64,000 nucleotides of DNA from Hemiscyllium ocellatum (GCF_020745735.1 NC_083409.1:6995534-7059533), one strand, 5' to 3'. Shown: positions 38,884 to 52,205, counted from the stretch's first letter. The notes: generated from the letters alone by a model not told the origin. Numbers and translations are program-made.

Positions 38884-40769
38884 GATGACGATTCAGTCTC
38901 TGTGTCTGTGTGCTTTGGGAATAGATGACCTTCCACGCCGCCCAGTAGATTTTCTGCATTTCAGCAGATCATTGCCAAGATTGGCTGGTTGGCCTGTCAA
39001 TCAATTAAATCATCCATCATTACTCATTTTCAAATGATCCCTTTGATCAGGAATTTATGTAGATTGCAAGATTCCAAAAAGAACAGAAACTGAAAGCTGT
39101 TAGGACTCAATAAGTACAATCTGATGTATTCCCTCCAGGCCCAGCTGATGGGATCGCACTGTGCAATCTCTGCTGCTGAAACAATCTTTGGCCATTCACT
39201 GACATTGTCAGTTGTGTCTCTCTGAGGGTAAAACAAGGACTGCAGATGCTGGAAACCAGATTCTAGATTAGAGTGGTACTGGAAAAGCACAGCAGTTCAG
39301 GCAGCATCTGAGGAGCAGGAAAATAGACATTTCGGGCAAAAGCCCTTCATCAGGAATATCTTCCTGCTCCTCGGATGCTGCTTGAACTCCTGTGCTTTTT
39401 CAGCACCACTCTAATCAAGAATGTGTGCCTCTCTGAGTGTGAGTGTTTAACTGAATGCTGCTTGGAGGAGTCTCTCTCAGTGTGGATTTGTTACTCAGAG
39501 AGACACCCACAGGCAGCGTTCAGTAACGCACCCACATTCGGAGACACCTATCTGCAGCATGGAGTGTGATCATGTTCCTCAGTGCTACCTATCTCACAGA
39601 GTGAGTGTGTTACTCTGTGCTGTCTGTAGGTGTCTGCCTGTAGTATATGTCTCCGAGTGATGGATTGAGAATGGGCTTTATTCTGGGGATTGAAGATTAG
39701 GCTTTAATCTTCTCAAATCATGAATGGAAAACAGTTCTGCTGATTCAGTCTGAGATGGCAGCTCATTCAGATGGCCAAAGTTAAAAAAACACGCAACACC
39801 AGGCTATAGTCAAACAGGTTTATTTGAAAGTAGAAGCATTTAGAGCACTGCTTCTTCATCAGGTAGCTGGAGGGGCGGGATCATTGGACACAGAATTTAT
39901 GGTAAATTCAGATGGCAGCTGAGAAAGGTGAAAACTGAGAGTGTATTCTCAGTAAGGGAGGGATTCCAGAGGCAGTGGGCACTGCACTCACGAATGCAGA
40001 AATGTCGATTTTCCTGCTCCTCAGATGCTGCCTGACCTGCTGTGCTTTTCCAGCACTACTCTAATCTAGACTGTGCTCCCTAATGTGTTGCCCAATTACA
40101 GGTGACTTTCTGAATCCAGGGTCAATCGTGGCTGCCTGCTCAGCCAATGCTGGCTCCCCATAGTCATATTTCAGTGGTTAATTAACCCAAAACAAGGTGC
40201 AGCAATATCACCTTCCAGGGAGGGGAGCTATCTGAGGGAGAGAGGTTGAATTCTTGTCGCCCCAAGAGAGGTTGCGGTGGATTAATGACAGGTATGACCA
40301 CCATGAAGATGCCACCTTCTCTCCCCCTGCCCCAGCTGTGATGACCCTCAGGTTAAAAGTGTGATTGCTCTCGGATAATGACCACATTCCTGGGTGATGG
40401 AGGGAAGGTCAAAGTCTCCCAAAGGCAGCACAGGCTGGATCGAAGGTGAAACAAGAGTAAGCATGGGGAGATTGAGGGTGACAGAAGGAGGGGGTTGTTT
40501 GGCAGGTTGTTATTCAGAGTCAGGTCCCAGATTATCAGTCCTTCTGACTTGCCCCTTTTTACCTGTCAGCCAGGGCTCCCTGATTGGACAAAGTTAACTG
40601 TCCCTGTCAGGGAACTCATATTTATCAAAAAGAATAAAACATTTATTGAACAACGAGCTCAAGACCTAAATGACAAAATGAATGGTTTGAAAGATTTCAT
40701 TATGGACACCGCAAATGAGATTTAGTGAAGAACATTTTCACTCAACGGGTGGTGGGAATCTGGAATGGA

Positions 40770-41075
40770 CTGTCATAAAATCCCTACAGTGAGGAAACAG
40801 GCCATTTGGCCCAACATGTCCACAATGACCCTTGTAAGAGTAATCAACCCAAGACCCAATCCCTTATCTTATTACTCTACTTTTCCCCTGACTAATGAGC
40901 CGAACCTATGCATCCCTGATCACTGTGGGCAACTTAGTATGGCCAACTCACCTAACCTGCACGTCTTTAGATTGTGGGAGGAAACCAGAGCACCCAGAGG
41001 AAACCTACATAGACACTTGGAGAATGTGCAAACTCCACATAGACAGTTGCCTGAGGCTGGTATTGAACCTGGGGC
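40770..41075 (-). mobile_element. HE1-like SINE
   Basis: Reverse-complement SINE body GGAGGAAACCAGAGCACCC..TGCAAACTCCAC. Confidence 0.8.
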
Positions 41076-44000
41076 AAAACACCCAGACCGGCCTTGACTT
41101 CGCTCCAACCTCTGCCTCCACTTCTGGCCCCTCCCATTCTGCAACCAACACTTAGACTACATTTCCCAGAGTCACCCTGAGTCCAACTGTCTACCTGCAG
41201 CCAGCCTGCCAGCACACTCGCTCTCCCTCCTCACCCATCCAACCCCACAACGCACCCTATTCCTCCACTTCTCCTTCTTCACCTCATCCGCACCTTCCCA
41301 TTCCCACACCTCACTCCACAACCCACCTCCGTTCTCTCCCACACCCATTCTCCCCCATTCTCATCACCCTTGCCCCCTCTCCTCCTTCAGCCATCTCGGA
41401 CCACCCTGAAAATCTCGTTCCCCCAACCCGAGCCTTGCCCCTTATTTGCTATCCCCTCACGACCTCGAACTCTCTGAGGCCAAAAAGTCCATCCTGAGAA
41501 AAGGGCTCACATTCATTCCCCACCACAAAAAATCCCGCACCCACCAGGATATGTAGCTCTTCTTCCGCCGACTCTACCTCCGTGTCTTCTTCTTGAACAA
41601 AAACTCCCAAACTCCCTCTGAGGACCCCTTCTCCCACCTCCAAACTTCATTGCTGACCACTGATGTGACATCAGCCGCCTCAATTTCTCCACCACCCCAC
41701 CCTCTCCAACCACCCCTCCTCCCAACGTGCAGCACTCCACTCTCTCTGTACCAACCCCCGGTTCACCATCAAACCCACTGACAAAGGTGGTAGTCTGGGG
41801 AACGGATCTCTATGTCCCAGAGGCCGAAACCCAACTGTCTGACACCATGTTCTACCTCCCCCTTGCCCATGACCCCACCGTGACCCATCAGGCCAAAATC
41901 ACTCACACTGTCAGTGCCCCCATTGCCTCCAGTGATCTCCCCTCCACTGTCTCCAATCTCATAGTCCCCAGCCCTCCAATGCCCAGTTCTCCCTGCTCTC
42001 CAAGATCAACAAACCCAACTAGACTGGCAGACACATCATCTCAACATGCTCCTGCCCCACCGAACTCCTCTCATCCTACATCAAATCCATCCTCTCCTCC
42101 TTGATTCAGGCACTTCCCACCTACATCCGTGACACCAAGCATGCCCTCCATCTGTTCAGTAACCTTCAGTTCCCAGGCCCCCAGCACTTTACCTTCACTA
42201 TGGACAGTCCTTATATACATCCATACCCAACAAGATCAGCCTCCTGGCCCTCTGCTTTTTTTCTCTCCAACAGATCCATTTACTCCCCCTCCACCAATAC
42301 CCTCCTCCATCTGACAGAACTGCTCCTACCCCTCAACAACTTTTCCTTTAACTCCTCCCAGTTCCTCTAAATCCAGGGATGGCTATGAGTACCTGGATGG
42401 GCCCCAGCTCCCCCTGCCCCTTTATTGGCTATGCTGAACAGTCCCTCTTCAGTGCCTACACAGGCACTGTGCCCCAGCTCTTCTACCATTACATTGATGG
42501 CTGCATTGGTGCAGTGACCTGCACCCAGGCTGAACTGGAGCAGTTCATCGTCTTCGCCCACAACTTCCACCATACCCTCAAATTCACTTGGTCCACTTCG
42601 GACACCTCCCTCCCCTTTATTGACCTTTCCATTCCCATCTCCGGTGACAGTGTTCAGATAGACATTTACTGCAAACTCACAGATTCCCATTATTACCCGG
42701 ACTATACTTTCTTACACCCATTTGCCTGCAAGACCTCCATCCCATTCTTCCAATTCCTCCGCCTCTGCTCTTTCTGCTCGGATGAGGAGACATTCCATTC
42801 CCAAGTATTCCATATGTCCACCTATTTCGAAAAATATACTTTTGCTCCCTCTGTCACCCCTCGCACAACCTCCATTTCCCATTCCACTGCTCTAAACCCA
42901 CACCCCTCCAAACAAAATAAAGACAGAGACCCCATTGTCCTCACCTTTCAACCAAACCAACCTCTATATCCAACACATCATCCTACTCCGCCAAGCCCAA
43001 CAAGATCCCACCACCAAGAATTTCTTCCTCAAGTTACCCCTGTCTGCCTTCCACAAGGACTGTTCCCTTTGACAATTCTTGGTTTGCGCCACTCGCTCTA
43101 CCATTTCTCCTGAACGCCCAGGTACCTTCCCCTGCAAACGGAAAGGATACAAAGCCTGCTGGTACACCAACCCCTGCACCTCTATCCAGGCCCCAAACAG
43201 TCCTTCCAGGTGAGACAGAGGTTCACCTGCCTCTCCTCCAACCTAATTTACTACCTCAGGTGCCCGCGATGTAGTCTTCTCTTCATTGGGAAAACCAAAT
43301 ATAAACCGAGGCAGCGGTTTGTCCTGCATCTCAGCTGGGCCTGTAGTGGCCGACCAGATCTCCTAGTCACCACCCATTTTAATTCCCCTTTCCACTCCCT
43401 TTACTCCGGGTTCAATTCCCGCCTCAGGCGACTGACTGTGTGGAGTTTTCACATTCTCCCCGTGTCTGCTTGGGTTTCCTCCGGGTGCTCCGGTTTCCTC
43501 CCACAGTCCAAAAATGTGCAGGTTAGGTGAATTGGCCATGCTAAATTGCCCATAGTGTTAGGCGAAGGGGTAAATGTAGGGGAATGGATCTGGGTGGGTT
43601 GCGCTTCAGCGGGTCAGTGTGGACTTGTTGGGCTGAAGGGCCTGTTATCATACTGTAAGTAATCTAATCTAATCTAATCAACATGACCATCCTTGGCCTC
43701 CTCCATTGCCACAATGAACCAAACCGCAAATTGGAGGAACAATAACTCATCTTCCGCCTGGGCAGCCTACAGCCCAGAGGATTCAACACTGTGTTCTCCA
43801 ATTTCAAATACTCTCCCTTCCCATCCCCTGACTCCCTCCCCAGCCCCTCCCATCTCTTCCACTCCTCTCTGCCACCAAACAGATTCATTCCTTCCATTGA
43901 CGAACCAGGTCGTGTCCTCTGCCTGTCGTCATCTATCCCCGTTCTCCACCCTGCCTCCGCCACCCCCTTTATCTGCAGCTCCGCCTGAACCCACCACCAT

Positions 44001-44087
44001 TCCTGAAGAAGGGTTACACCCAAAACATTAAATTCTTAACCGCCTGATGCTGCCTGGCTTGCTGTGTTCCTCCAACCTCCTGCCTGT
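41076..44087 (+). mobile_element. Near-complete degenerate Penelope-like element (RT + GIY-YIG) ending in a hammerhead-like terminal repeat
   Basis: KPTDKG, YIRDTKHAL, MGPS.., YIDGCIG, KFTWS..LPFIDL; GIY-YIG region NLIYYLRCPRCSLLFIGKT..RF..H; CTGAAGA core at 44003. Confidence 0.88.
43405..43678 (+). mobile_element. 5'-truncated HE1-like SINE inserted in the Penelope GIY-YIG domain
   Basis: GGGTTCAATTCCCGCCTCAGGCGACTG...(CTAAT)n tail; splits HFNSPFHS from NMTILGLLH. Confidence 0.88.
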
Positions 44088-46642
44088 CATTGAATGGAAC
44101 CAGCAGGAAAGGGCTGAACAATCAAGTGTCAGGGCCATCAACAAATGGGGATGTGACACACTACAGACAGATGCATTGTGACAGTCAATCACAAAGAGAA
44201 GCCCAAACTGGAAATGAAACACTAACGCACAGTGGACGGAATTCAATATCAGAATGTGTGAGATCATGCACTTTGTTCGGAATAATCAAAAGATTGACTC
44301 GTATTTAAATAGTGAGAGATTCCAACAAAGTGCAGTACAGAGTGATCTGGGTTGTATTGTGTATGGTATACTGAAAGTTAGTGCAGGTGCAGGAAGGAAT
44401 TGAGAAGGCGAATGGAATTTTCACCTTTATTGTCTGGGGTTGGAATTTAAAAGTAGAGAAATCTTCTTAAAACTTTATAGGATGTTAGTGAGCCGGCATT
44501 TGAAGTATTGTGTGCAATTTTGGTCCCTGTATTTAAGTAATTGGAGTCCTACATCTGCTTCAATTTCTCATGTTCTTGTGTGCTCCAGTGTCCTTCCCTC
44601 ACAGCAGAACTGGTTTGTCCCCTGCCTGCAGTAGCAGCCTCCAATCTCTGGGTGGTGCTGCCATATGATCTGCCTTGGCCAGGCTGTCACAATTCCCAAA
44701 TCACAACAATGCCTGGGCTTTGGAAGCATTGAATTGGCTGTAAAACATCTTCAAACATCCAAGCTCAAAAATGGCATAATAGAAATATAATTCTCTCTCC
44801 TTTTATGTTTTGTTTCCAAGCCTTCCCACCTGTCATCCAACAACATCGCACACTTGTGTAAAATCTAGAATGGACCATGAATCTCTGGGAGAACTTACTT
44901 TGTGACAACACTGGGTCTAATGACAACATCCTAAGTGGGCTTTGAGGGTGAAGGTCAATAGCAGTCTCATTGGGACTTGATCTGAATTGTCTCCAGTCAG
45001 TCAGTGCTTTTGTCTGGTCCACACAGTACTGACCAACCTTAGACCCCTGTAATCTGATTGAGATGAAGGGTGAGCTGTGCTGGATTTCACACATGCTCAC
45101 ACACATGGTGAAGCAGGGATTCCCCATTTCAGAAGAGTAAATGGAACGAACGAACTGGGTGGATGTGACATCTCCACCTGTCCCTAAGAGAGTGGGGACA
45201 GGAACAGTAATATTCTCACACAGAAAGATGGTAAAAATCTTAACCCACAGAGGGAGAGGAAATAGGAAAAGCAACGCTCCATAAAGACAGGGGACAGTAT
45301 CTGGCTGTTCCCCATTTTCTTGTTGTGTTGTGATCTTGCGAAATTGGTTTGGTTTATATTTTCTTAGTTGTATTTAGGTTTGATGAGGTGATTCATTAAC
45401 AAGGATTCCAATTGCATATTTCCTGTAGCAGCAGATCCATTGATGATCACATTTTCATTTGGAGTTTGCCCATGTTTCTGTCCAAGCTGATACAGCATGG
45501 TCTACCAGTGCTGCTCCTATTGGGCTAAACCATCACACACGAGGGAATCTGATGGACACTTTCTCCTTGTGTTGACAAAGGGAAAGATTTGGTTTTACTG
45601 CGATGGTGGCCAGAGAAATTAGTCAGTGGATGTAGTTCCAGCTGAGCAGAATGTTCTGATGTTCATGATGGGATTAACCTCGACAGTTCCCACTTCCCTT
45701 TACACCGACAGTGCGGCAGGAAGTCACCATGCAGTGGTCTCCTGGCTCACACTGAAAAACCAAGTTGATGGTATAACTGCAGAGAGCACGACAATGGCTT
45801 GAACTCACCGAACAACCAGAGGCTTCAACCAACAACTGGGTCACAGGCAAATGACATGTTGTATAAACTCTCAGTTTCTCGGAACATTCATTGACAAACA
45901 TAACTACAAAATGGAACAGGATATTGTTTATGAAAATGGGCATTGCAAAAATAAAATCCAAACACGTTATAGATAATCTATAAGACTACAGCATTTTCTT
46001 TGAAAACTGGACGATAATGAGATGAGAAATCAAACACCCATCCACTCAGTCACACGGTGTTGAAGATGCACTGTCCTCATCATAACAGGTTTGCAAGCAT
46101 CTGAATAACACGTAAGGGGAGAGAAACATTGCAAACTGTATTATCACGTGAGAGGATCCATTAAAACCTAGAACCATGATGTTAAATGCTCCCTACCATA
46201 AACAACACTGATGCATTCACATCATTGGAATGTTAAATGATTTAAATCTCAAGTGGCATTGATGATTTTTTTCCAAGTCCATAGCAAGGAAGCAGCAGCT
46301 GACATATGAACTCTAACAAAATGATAGCAGCCAGTGAATACAGAGCTGACTCCAGAGACAAAAAAAATCAACTGCCGAAATCTATACAGTGCTGGGAATA
46401 TTTTAGACAAAACAGTTTGTTGTCAGCAAGTTACTGCAGCTTGAAAACTGCAGTACGGTCAGAAAGAGAAAAAAGGACAAAGTGCAGATTGTTGAACAGG
46501 CCCCTACACCTGGGCCTGAGGCAGGAGCCCAAGCTCCAACGCACTGGCCTCACTTCACACCAATCTTCACACAGTGCGGGGTCATGAACTCCGGCCATTA
46601 ATCCCTCTGCACTGTCTCTCTATGGGTCTCTACAGATTGAGC

Positions 46643-46843
46643 TGAAAACGTGTTGCTGGTTAAAGCGCAGCAGGTCAGGCAGCATCCAAGGAACAGGAAA
46701 TTCGACGATTCCTGATGAAGGGCTTATGCCCGAAACGTCGTATTTCCTGTTCCTTGGATGCTGCCTGACCTGCTGCGCTTTAACCAGCAACACATTTTCA
46801 GCTCTGATCTCCAGCATCCCTGCAGACCTCAATTTTTACTCTT
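46643..46843. mobile_element. Penelope-derived fold-back element with 12-bp TSD
   Basis: About 63-bp near-perfect inverted arms; TACAGATTGAGC at 46631-46642 and 46844-46855; absent from the paralogous arm (about 55290-55550). Confidence 0.85.
46708..46743 (+). ncRNA. Minimal hammerhead-ribozyme-like motif (PLE type)
   Basis: CTGATGA-A-GGGC(TTAT)GCCC-GAAA-CGTC: conserved core, stem II and palindromic ACGT stem III. Confidence 0.55.
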
Positions 46844-46914
46844 TACAGATTGAGCCTGTTTGCTCCAAGCAGAGTCCCAGGTGATTTTTTTTCCTGATCA
46901 GGGACAATGAAGCA

Positions 46915-46928
46915 CTACCCTCTAGTGG
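46915..46928 (-). promoter_or_regulatory. CTCF-like site (CCACTAGAGGGTAG) facing cluster 1
   Basis: 13/14 match to the consensus CCASYAGRKGGCRS on the - strand; paralogous to the 55208 site. Confidence 0.5.
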
Positions 46929-49621
46929 TGAAAGGACGGTTGCTGAGGATTATGGGTAAAGTCCCCTTCCATTCGCGCCCACACAAATCAGCAGCCACTT
47001 CAGCTGCTTTATTGAAAACGACAAGCTTCAAGGCGCTGTTCTTTCAACGGTGGAACTGGACACAAGATCAAATGAGTTAATGGCAGAAGAAGGAGATTCA
47101 TCCTCTCGAGCCTGCGCCCCATGGCTGACCTGATTATTCCACATTCTTGCCTTACTCTGATAGACATTTGAAAGCAATGATTGTCTACATCACTACAAGC
47201 ATTCTGAGGTTTCATTTCTATGTTTGATGAAGAGTTCCAACGATCTATGACATTATTCAAGAAAAAAAACCTGCTTATCTCGGTCTTCAATGAGGGAACT
47301 TGTTTTAATTTGTGATTCTCTCCAAAAAGGAAGCTTTCTTTTCACATCGACGCTGTATTCTATGTTCAAGTTGATATGACATCTGGTTTAATCAGCTACT
47401 CTGTTATGGGAACAGCTGCCTATCCTGCCACCTTCAGTGACTGATGCAGATAGACTTCCAGGTCCTACTGCCCCTACACCCATCCATACTTGCACCCTTT
47501 AGATTGTTTTGTCTCTCCACGTTTTCCTTCCAAAATGGATCAGTGACATGTCTTTCCATTAAGTTGTTTCTGCAGCCATCTGCTCATTCCATTAACTTAT
47601 CGGCATCCTTTTTGAAGTTAGACACTATCTTCTTCATCTGCTGAAATACATCCAAGTTTCATACCATCAGCAAATTTTGAAATTATGCCTTGTTCACTCA
47701 GGTTAACATAGATTAAATATTTTAAATAACTTTTAAAAAATGAACTATTTTATAAACTATTGTAAATCAAACCTCAAATTAATTGCCCATTTCTAGTTAC
47801 TCGGACTGAGTTCTGAGCCAGATTAGGGGACCGTTAAGAATGAATCTTGTCACTGTGTGACTGGAATCATAGACCGGGTGATGACTGGGTTCCCTTGTCC
47901 AAACTACATTCAGGAACATGACATTGAGTTTCATAGTTTTTTTGTTCAGATCCCAACGCCTTCCTTCCCAGTTATTACATGGCTCACCATGGCCCTCTCC
48001 AGGACAATTAGGAAAGGGCATCAAATAGCAGCCATTTTTGTGCCCGCCCATCCCAGGAGAAATCAAAATCAATGAGATACTCTTCAAATAATCAAACTGG
48101 TGAGGCTTGAATTCATCTCTTTGGAAGACTGGAGCCTAGGCTGGAAATAGAGCCATGACATGGGTGAATCTGATTTGTCAGACTGAAAGGTGGAGTATCC
48201 TTCGGACTGACACTGGGATCAGATACAAAATGAATTACACTCAAAGACCGAACACATGACTATCAAAGCGGGTCACCAAACTGCAAAGAGCAGCAATTTA
48301 TCTGGGAGACCTCAACAGGTATCAGTGGGTGTAAGAGCATTAGGCCGGCAAGTGTCAGATAATGTTGAACACACCAGAAGCACAGTCACACAGAAAGGAA
48401 AGCAATTGGGATAGAGCAGGGAAATGGGAATAACTGAATTTCTCCACTGAGAGCTGGAAGAGGTTTTCTCCGTTGTAACTCCTCTGAGAATGATAAAGTT
48501 TGAAGGGCCGTTTATTTTATAAACAGCACTGCAGCGCGGAAGAAAGGATGTCGAGTGACATATCTCCTTTAACTTGGAGACAGTATCAGAAATAAAGGTC
48601 AATGCGATTTTAGATTGAATATTGAGAGTGAGGAGATGGAGGGGAGAGTGACCATGGCAACTGTCCTGAAGAATGGTTCGGTCATGGCGAGAATGGTGCA
48701 CAGTTAGGGGCTGCTTTGAGGGACAATACATAATGGGACATGGACAGGGGATCTAGGGTCACAAGAGATGTGCAGGCTAGCAAATGGAAAATACCATGGA
48801 AAATGCACGATAACGGAAATAGGATGGGTGGGATGGCCTTCAAAGGGTCGGTATTGGCTGGCTGGGCTGTGTGGCCTGCTCCACTCTGTAGGAATTCCTT
48901 GATTCTGTGATTCTAAGAAGACCAGAACAGGATTTCGAAAGTGGAGGGAGGGTATTCTGATGTTCAAAAATTCTAAAACAAATGAACACAGTAAATGTAG
49001 ATTTACTCTCAGCGCAGACAAACTGAAAGGCAAAATGACATATTCTCCAGTCATATACAAGGTACAGAAAAGAGATCAGCAAAAAACATTTTGATGTAGT
49101 TATTGGAATTGAATGATGAATAACGGTAAACAGAGTGCTCCATCCAAAAAAAGACAGAATTGCTTTTTAGAATTTCAACAGGCCTGAAGCAAAAGAGGAA
49201 TTCAGGATCAAATAGTCACTTGAGAATATAGTACTTGAGTGAGACAAAACCCTTCTTGTGAAAGCATTTCATTTTGCCTTGCTTTCTCTCCATGGATGCT
49301 GTCTGACCAGCTGGGATCTCCATTTATTTACTGCGTTATTTCTTACAAATTGTCTTGTTGTGTGCAAGACAAAAGCTTTGACAAAATGTCTTTTTTTCAG
49401 CAACACTTGAATTTGGATCAGATTGGAGAGAAAGCAGGGCCATGGAATAATCTTTCCTTGCAGGGATGGAGGGAGTGTGTGTGTGTAGAATCTCCCATGG
49501 GCATGGTTCTCCTAGCTGCCACCACATCAGGAAGGCTGGAGCTTGATGATCGAGCTGAATGGACAGGGCTCACTCTCACATTCCTCAGGGCCATGGAGCC
49601 TCTTGTGATGGGAGCATCTGC

Positions 49622-50495
49622 TTGGTGTTAGGGCAGACAATGACATTGCAGTGGGATTGGAAATGGGACAACTCGACATTGGATGCTGCACAATGGCTGC
49701 ACTGACTCTTCTTCTCTGCCTGATCCCTCCCCACACACAGGAGAAGTTGGATTAGGAAACTGTTCTAAAGGGCTACAACCCACTGCAGCACTCCCAACCT
49801 GCAAAAAGAAGAACAATTCTACAAAGACTTTGCCAAGAACAGATATTCCCGCAACTTCATCCACAGATGCATAACAGACAAACATGCCACGACCTAACAC
49901 ACTAGCCACGCTACCTTATATAAAAACATCACAGAACTCCAACCACTCACAAACTGCCCAGAAACTGACAGCCACGCTCAAACAACCCACGAGAACAAAA
50001 GGCCCAATACCCACCATGTGAAAGACAGATGTGGTTTACAAGAATCCATGCAACGTTTGCACGAAACACCTCGGACAAACAGCCAGACAACTAGCCATCC
50101 ACATCCATGAACACCAACGAGCCACTAAACCACATGAGCAGCTGTCCCTAGTAACTATACACACAGATGACAAGGACCACAAATTCGATTGTGTCAACAC
50201 TATGATCATAGGACAAGCTCAACAAAGGGCAGCCAGAGAATTTCTAGAGGCATGACACTTATCCATGAGCTCCATCAATAAGCACATTGACCTAGACCCA
50301 GTATACCGACCACTGCAATGAACATCAGGAACCAGTAACTTGAAACAGCAGGAATGAAACCAAATAAATTCCAGAAGACACAGCACAACAGCACTTCACA
50401 GGAAGCTCCAAAGCTCTGAAGGTGTCACCTCGACAGGGGACAAAATGTTTATAAATCAACTTCCCAGCTCGGTGAGCATACCCACAACTACAGCA
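49622..50495 (+). mobile_element. Penelope-like 3' fragment (second family), GIY-YIG endonuclease
   Basis: VVYKNPCNVCTKHLGQTARQLAIHIHEHQRATK..HKFD..AREFLEA. Confidence 0.88.
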
Positions 50496-51059
50496 AGAAT
50501 GGAGGATTTTCCTGTCCTACGTTGCTCTCCAAACCCTTACGTGCCATCTTCATAGTCAGATCTTCATGCCCCTCACTACACATGGAATTGGACTGCCTGG
50601 TCCTGAGCCTTATAACATCCTTCTGGAATAAAGTCTCCAGGTATCTCTGCACCTCCCTGCTGTGCCACTAATACTTTCAACGTAGCCTCCAATCCAAACG
50701 CCCCGTGTGGGAGTTGTTGTAGATTTATCCATTCACTTCAGATGTATTTAACCTGAGTCACTTTAACTCAAAAAAGAAATGTTGATCTCATTTACAAATG
50801 AAAGATATCCATTCCTCTATTAAACCAGTAATTGTCTTTAGTTTCTGAATTAAGTTTTAGTGCTTTCCATTTATTGACCTTCCCGAATGGGGGTGTCCCG
50901 AAGCAGTACAAGACGAGATGAGGATATAGATGGGCTGGAGGGTCAGATGGGCTGATCAGTAACAAGTGGAATTTATTGAGATACATGTGAGTCAGTGGAC
51001 TGAGCTCTCCCTGACCATACAAGTGAGTTGAGGGCAGAGTGACAGCAATTGACATCAAG

Positions 51060-51500
51060 ACCACTTTGATGGTGTGTGGCATCAAGGAGCCCGAGCAATG
51101 CAACAGCTTTTCACCTCCTATTCCAGGGAAGGGATCAACATCTGGATCCCTCTGAGCAAGTCCTGGGAATTCTGTCATCCCAAATGGATACGTCCTCCTC
51201 CTCAGTTCCCACAAACAGCAGCAAGTCAGTCACACATTGTCCAAACCCTTTCGGGGAGCTGACCTGAACTCTCACAGCCCTGTGCCATGCTCTGCTGGAA
51301 GATGGAGGGACGATTGGGGAGCCCTTGGCACAAACAACTCCATCAATATTGTTGGTCTTTAAACGTGAAGGTGAACTTGTCCTGATCCTCAGCCTTCCCT
51401 GACCCGATATGGACCAGAACACGTTCAAAATGACCAACTGTGTGAAGACCCACCGCCAGTCTGACAGCAATGAGCGATTCAGCTCTGAACACTCCATCAG
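51060..51500 (-). mobile_element. Degenerate retroviral-type reverse transcriptase fragment
   Basis: FTQLVILNVFWSI / EDQDKFTFTFKDQQY*WSCLCQGLPNRPSIFQQ / QCVTDLLLF in shifting frames; matches the decayed LDxxNxFWSI, LPQG and YVDDLL motifs. Confidence 0.7.
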
Positions 51501-51688
51501 TGAGCTCACTCCATTATGTTCAGATACACTGCCATTGAGTACCCAGGGATCACATCCCTCCACTCCAGGGTTTTGATAGCCCTCCCATCACAGAGTCCCC
51601 CGTGAACCCCTTCGGTTCGTTCTCCACTGGAGGGGGCTGATCCCAGTGGTTTTGATGGATGCATCTGTGTGTGAGATGTAATTATGTT

Positions 51689-51696
51689 TGTGTGTG

Positions 51697-51726
<30 letters not shown>
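51689..51726. repeat. Compound (TG)n(TA)11(CA)n microsatellite
   Basis: Direct reading. Confidence 0.9.
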
Positions 51727-51727
<1 letters not shown>

Positions 51728-52205
51728 TCAATATCTTCCCTGTTCTCCACCCACACACCCATGGACTCGGGCTCTTCCCCTTTCATCGTACAGCATCAGT
51801 CACACGTATTCAGTTCACCCTTCAGAGCACCACCATGGTGGATGGGGGGTTATGGAATGAAAGGTACCCTACCCACTCTGGATTTGAATCTTCCCCATCT
51901 ACACTCTGAGTTCAGCTCAATCTCAGCATCATTCTTCAATCTTTCTGAACTCCAACATACCTTCCTTTTCTTCCCCAGTTATTGGGGATGATTTTCTCAG
52001 GACCCTGCATTCCTGCTGAAAGTGGAATTCTGTCCCTCACTGTAGTATTACCCTCCTGCTCCCGGAACCCCATTTCCCTTTCTATTCTCCCCTCGTGTTC
52101 CGTGCCTTGAGGGTGGAGGTTAACACTTCACACACCCTTTCCTGAGGCTTCAGCTCGGGCCCATTTCCAAAGCACACACGAGACAGAGACTGAATCTTCT
52201 TTATC

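Noticed and set aside
44765-45274. 169-aa ORF and its paralog 56361-56741 as a conserved coding exon
   Set aside because: Differences in the shared frame are almost all nonsynonymous, with indels; other frames have shared stops. Treated as non-coding.
46570-46608. CACAGTG within the conserved 121-bp block
   Set aside because: No nonamer, and the paralog has CATAGTG.
49460-49625. Possible + strand exon after TCTTTCCTTGCAG (GWRECVCVESPMG..)
   Set aside because: No recognisable homology, no clear donor and no paralog; truncated by a Penelope insertion.
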